From positions 1 through 10,559 of the forward strand of contig JAQCIU010000064.1 of assembly GCA_027593235.1 (NCBI GenBank): a stretch of 10,559 nucleotides of DNA, written 5' to 3'. A program made the position numbers and the translations under genes. Under the pieces are notes generated by a model. That model saw only the letters and a list, made by a program, of their open reading frames with translations, was not told the origin of the DNA and did no database searches. Positions within the stretch are counted from its first letter, which is position 1. Every line of letters begins with the position of its first letter. This document shows, one piece after another, positions 8,097 to 10,559 of the stretch. This DNA comes from Chloroflexota bacterium (GTDB lineage Bacteria > Chloroflexota > Dehalococcoidia > UBA2979).

Positions 8097-8918
8097 CTAG
8101 TCCGCTAGCTCCGAACTCGCCGGGACCGCCGGCACCTCGGGCAGCATCGCGGACACCACACGGCGCGACTCCGACACGAACGAGGCCGACTTCAGCTCCC
8201 GTTCCGCCTGGGCGCGCACGAACTCGTGCATCACCTGTTCCAGGCGGCCCGCCAGATCCGGATCGATGCGGATGCGGCCCGCCTCCTCGTAAGGCAGCGC
8301 CTGGAAGGCGCGGAGCACGCGCAGCACGCGCGGATCGAGGGCGATCGCTTCGGGGTGCTTGGTGAGCGCAGCACGGCTGACGACGCCGCCGCCTCGGTGG
8401 GTCCAGTAGGCGTCGTTGGCGTCGACGGGCGCGCCGGTTTCGAGGCAGTTCTCAAGCTCGGGTCGGAAGCCGGTGGCGGTGAGTAGGCCGAGTTCGTAGC
8501 GCCGGGTAACAAGCTGCACGCCGTCGCCGCGCGCGAGCCGGCGCAGCGACGCCTCGAGGAGTTCATAGACCTCGAGGGCGTCTTCGTGCTCGACGGTGAA
8601 GCGGTCGGCGAGCTCCAGCAGGTACATGGCGGTGCTGAGCTGCTCGAGGTCGCGGTGGAGCACGAGGAACGGCTCGACGGTCTGCGCCTGCGTGACGATG
8701 TCGAGCGACCGGCCGTGGGCGAGGACGATCTCGGAGAGCGTGAGCGGTTCGAGGTGGCCGGCCATTTTGCTGCGGGAGCGGAGGAGGCCCTTGGCGACGA
8801 CGTCGATCTTGCCTCGGTGGGGGGTGAGGAGGGTGATGATGCGATCGGCGTCACCGAGGCGGCGGTGTTTGAGAATGATGGCAGTGGTTTTGGTGACGCG
8901 GGGGATGCGGGATGGCAT
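8097..8918 (-). CDS. recO: DNA repair protein RecO
   Basis: Reads MPSRIPRVTKTTAIILKHRRLGDADRIITLLTPHRGKIDVVAKG...SKMAGHLEP, then ELGLLTATGFRPEL and C-terminal ELKS. The start is placed at the ATG at 8918 rather than 9050. Confidence 0.95.
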   Translation of the reverse strand: MPSRIPRVTKTTAIILKHRRLGDADRIITLLTPHRGKIDVVAKGLLRSRSKMAGHLEPLTLSEIVLAHGRSLDIVTQAQTVEPFLVLHRDLEQLSTAMYLLELADRFTVEHEDALEVYELLEASLRRLARGDGVQLVTRRYELGLLTATGFRPELENCLETGAPVDANDAYWTHRGGGVVSRAALTKHPEAIALDPRVLRVLRAFQALPYEEAGRIRIDPDLAGRLEQVMHEFVRAQAERELKSASFVSESRRVVSAMLPEVPAVPASSELAD

Positions 8919-8930
8919 TGGTTGAGGGTA
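8919..8930 (-). promoter_or_regulatory. -10-like element predicting a leaderless recO transcript
   Basis: The minus strand reads TACCCT-caacca-ATG, the same TANNNT + 6 nt geometry as the GMC gene. There is no Shine-Dalgarno at normal spacing and no clear -35. Confidence 0.45.
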
Positions 8931-9055
8931 GCGCCTTGGACTTCCTCCGGGATGGGGCACGGGACTCGGATTGATCGGGCTGGTTCGGGGCGTGATTGAG
9001 TGAGCGGCGGACGGTGGAGCGGTTGAGCGACCTCGGTGGTCGCGAACCAATCGGC

Positions 9056-9110
9056 GGCTCCGCCCCCGCGCCCCCGGCCGGGGGGCTCCAGGTCGCCCCC
9101 CAGCGCCCCC
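9056..9110. repeat. G/C-run palindromic element (REP-like; potential G-quadruplex on the minus strand)
   Basis: Four C-runs at 9063-9067, 9071-9075, 9096-9101 and 9106-9110. A perfect palindrome CCCCCGGCCGGGGG at 9071-9084 overlaps a 7-bp stem GGGGGGC/GCCCCCC (9080-9086/9095-9101). Confidence 0.6.
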
Positions 9111-9286
9111 TACCTAAACCCGGGGCGTGAGGGCCTCGGGTGATTCGTGGCTTGGCCTCCGGGCGGATGGGCGAATTCGTGGGGATGCCGATCGGTGGAT
9201 CAGGAACTGCGCTTCGCCGGGCGGTGATGGGGGTAGGTGGGGCGTTCGTCCGGACCGCCGAAAGGAGCCGGCGACTGACCCGCGCC

Positions 9287-9309
9287 AGCCGGAAGCCGGA
9301 AGCCGGAAG
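9287..9309. repeat. Heptamer tandem repeat (AGCCGGA)x3.3
   Basis: Read directly: AGCCGGA AGCCGGA AGCCGGA AG. Confidence 0.85.
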
Positions 9310-9383
9310 ATGGAGGAACAGAGCACTCCCGCCTCAACGGCGACGCTGGCCACAGACGGCCACCTCCGGCGCGAACGGAGGGG

Positions 9384-10013
9384 CTAGACCTGCTGGCGGA
9401 ACTCGAGGGCGCGGCCGAGGGTGACGTCGTCGGCGTATTCGAGGTCAGCGCCGGCGGGGAGGCCGCGAGCGAGGCGCGTGACGGAGAGGCCTAGCGGCTG
9501 GAGCAAACGACCGAGGTACATGGACGTCGCTTCGCCCTCGAGGTTGGGGTTGGTGGCGACGATGACCTCGACGACCTCCGTATCGACGTCGCGGATGCGG
9601 GTCAGTAGTTCGGCGATCTTGAGCTCCTCGGGACCAATGCCGTCCGAGGGCGAGATGACGCCGTGGAGGACGTGGTAGAGGCCGCGGAAGCCGCCGGTGC
9701 GTTCGATCGCCTGGACATCGAGGGGTTCTTCGACGACGCAAATGATGGTGCGGTCGCGCGCTGTATCGAGGCAAATCCGGCACGGGTTGGTGTCGGTGAG
9801 GTTCTGGCAGCGCTGGCAGAGCACGATCGATCGCTTGACCTCGATGAGCGCCTCGGCGAGGTCGACGGCTTCTTCCTCCGGGGCGCGGAGGACGTGGTAA
9901 GCCAGGCGCTGTGCGCTCTTCGGGCCGATGCCCGGCAGCCGGTGGAATGCCTCGATGAGGCGATTGATGGGGGAAGCGGCGGCGCCACCGTGCTGGCCGT
10001 TGCGGTCGTTCAC
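9384..10013 (-). CDS. recR: Recombination mediator RecR
   Basis: HhH motif LPGIGPKSAQRLAYH, C4 zinc finger CQRC...CRIC, ICVVE, YHVLHG, Toprim EVIVATNPNLEGEAT, and C-terminal LEYADDVTL. GTG start. Confidence 0.97.
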   Translation of the reverse strand: MNDRNGQHGGAAASPINRLIEAFHRLPGIGPKSAQRLAYHVLRAPEEEAVDLAEALIEVKRSIVLCQRCQNLTDTNPCRICLDTARDRTIICVVEEPLDVQAIERTGGFRGLYHVLHGVISPSDGIGPEELKIAELLTRIRDVDTEVVEVIVATNPNLEGEATSMYLGRLLQPLGLSVTRLARGLPAGADLEYADDVTLGRALEFRQQV

Positions 10014-10020
10014 GGGCGGC

Positions 10021-10559
10021 TCAGTTCCGATCCTCGATCACCACGGCACCCAGTTCGCTCGCTTCGTCGACGAGATGGCCGCCAGCCGTCTTCGGGGAGG
10101 GCGCGGGACCGGTGTCGCTCATCTCTTCCCAGACCACCGGCTGCACCTGGAGTTCGCGGTTGGCGACCTGCGAGACGGCCTGGGTGACCGCCTTGAGCAG
10201 CGCACCGCCGTCGTTCTCGCGCATCTGCTCGACGTGGTTGGGGTAGCGGAAGCCGATCTGGACAGTGTCGCCGTCGATCGACTTGAGGAACGCGGCTGTA
10301 AGGAAGGCACCGGCCTTGAAGTTGAGCTTCTTTGCGGCTGCACGGATCTCTTCCCAGTTCGCGCGGAGCGTTTCCAACTCGACCGACACGTCGCCGGCGT
10401 CCGGCGGCACGAACGGTGCCGGGGCCGCGGCGGCAGGCGTTGGCGGTGCGGGTGGCGCGTCCGAGGGTGGGCCACCCTGTGCTCCGGCCGGCGTGCGTTG
10501 TCCGTTCTGTGGTGCGGCTCCGCGCGGCCCGTTCTGTGGCGGCGCACCGCGAGGGCCGC
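10021..10559 (-). CDS. dnaX: Probable C-terminal part of DNA polymerase III subunit gamma/tau (5' end outside the window)
   Basis: The frame of ORF 10021-10410 stays open to the window edge. A Pro/Ala/Gly-rich linker precedes a domain with W.EI...L...IGF...H, ending LVDEASELGAVV, as in tau C-termini. It ends 7 nt before recR, matching the conserved dnaX-recR order. The AAA+ core is not visible, so the call depends partly on synteny. Confidence 0.72.
   Translation of the reverse strand, partial: GPRGAPPQNGPRGAAPQNGQRTPAGAQGGPPSDAPPAPPTPAAAAPAPFVPPDAGDVSVELETLRANWEEIRAAAKKLNFKAGAFLTAAFLKSIDGDTVQIGFRYPNHVEQMRENDGGALLKAVTQAVSQVANRELQVQPVVWEEMSDTGPAPSPKTAGGHLVDEASELGAVVIEDRN
10502..10555 (-). repeat. 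In-frame 27-bp tandem repeat in the DnaX linker
   Basis: Plus-strand units CCGTTCTGTGGTGCGGCTCCGCGCGGC (10502-10528) and CCGTTCTGTGGCGGCGCACCGCGAGGG (10529-10555) encode GPRGAPPQN-GPRGAAPQN. The repeat may continue beyond the window. Confidence 0.8.

Noticed and set aside
8938-8950. Minus-strand GGAGGAAGTCC resembling the RNase P RNA motif GAGGAAAGTCC
   Set aside because: It is one A short and only about 20 nt upstream of the recO start, leaving no room for the RNA, and the other conserved rnpB motifs were not found.
8919-9050. 44-codon N-terminal extension of RecO in the ORF track
   Set aside because: It is Pro/Ser-rich with no RecO similarity; RecO homology and the -10-like element point to ATG 8918.
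9363-9381. Intrinsic terminator after recR
   Set aside because: A 6-bp stem is present but there is no U-tract on the minus strand.
9114-9424. Short ORFs in the recR-recO gap
   Set aside because: No motifs, no host-like codon bias, and they run through a frame-breaking heptamer repeat.
1-10559. CRISPR array, tRNA, rRNA or SRP RNA
   Set aside because: No regularly spaced repeats with unique spacers and no recognisable conserved RNA motifs in the intergenic regions.

Overview
High-GC bacterial window, tentatively Chloroflexota (Dehalococcoidia-like) from protein style only. The + strand carries tatD (3-833) and then an unusual single ORF (888-2318) fusing an N-terminal PspC-like membrane domain, through a T/E/A/P-rich linker, to a long-chain trans-polyprenyl diphosphate synthase. 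Next is a compositionally foreign insert of about 3.5 kb (about 2320-5900) encoding one large nuclease-STAND NTPase-helical protein resembling Avs/AVAST anti-phage sensors. That gene is split by two compensating homopolymer frameshifts and an in-frame TAG, and it trails off at its 3' end. After it come a GMC flavoprotein (true start 6003, predicted leaderless, with a [3Fe-4S]-type Cys motif) and a translationally coupled gluconate-2-dehydrogenase-subunit-3-like partner. The - strand carries the 3' part of dnaX, recR directly after it (no ybaB/ebfC) and recO, with a structured G/C-run and heptamer-repeat spacer between recR and recO. No tRNA, rRNA, CRISPR array or transposase was seen. All family calls come from motif recognition by eye; no searches were run.
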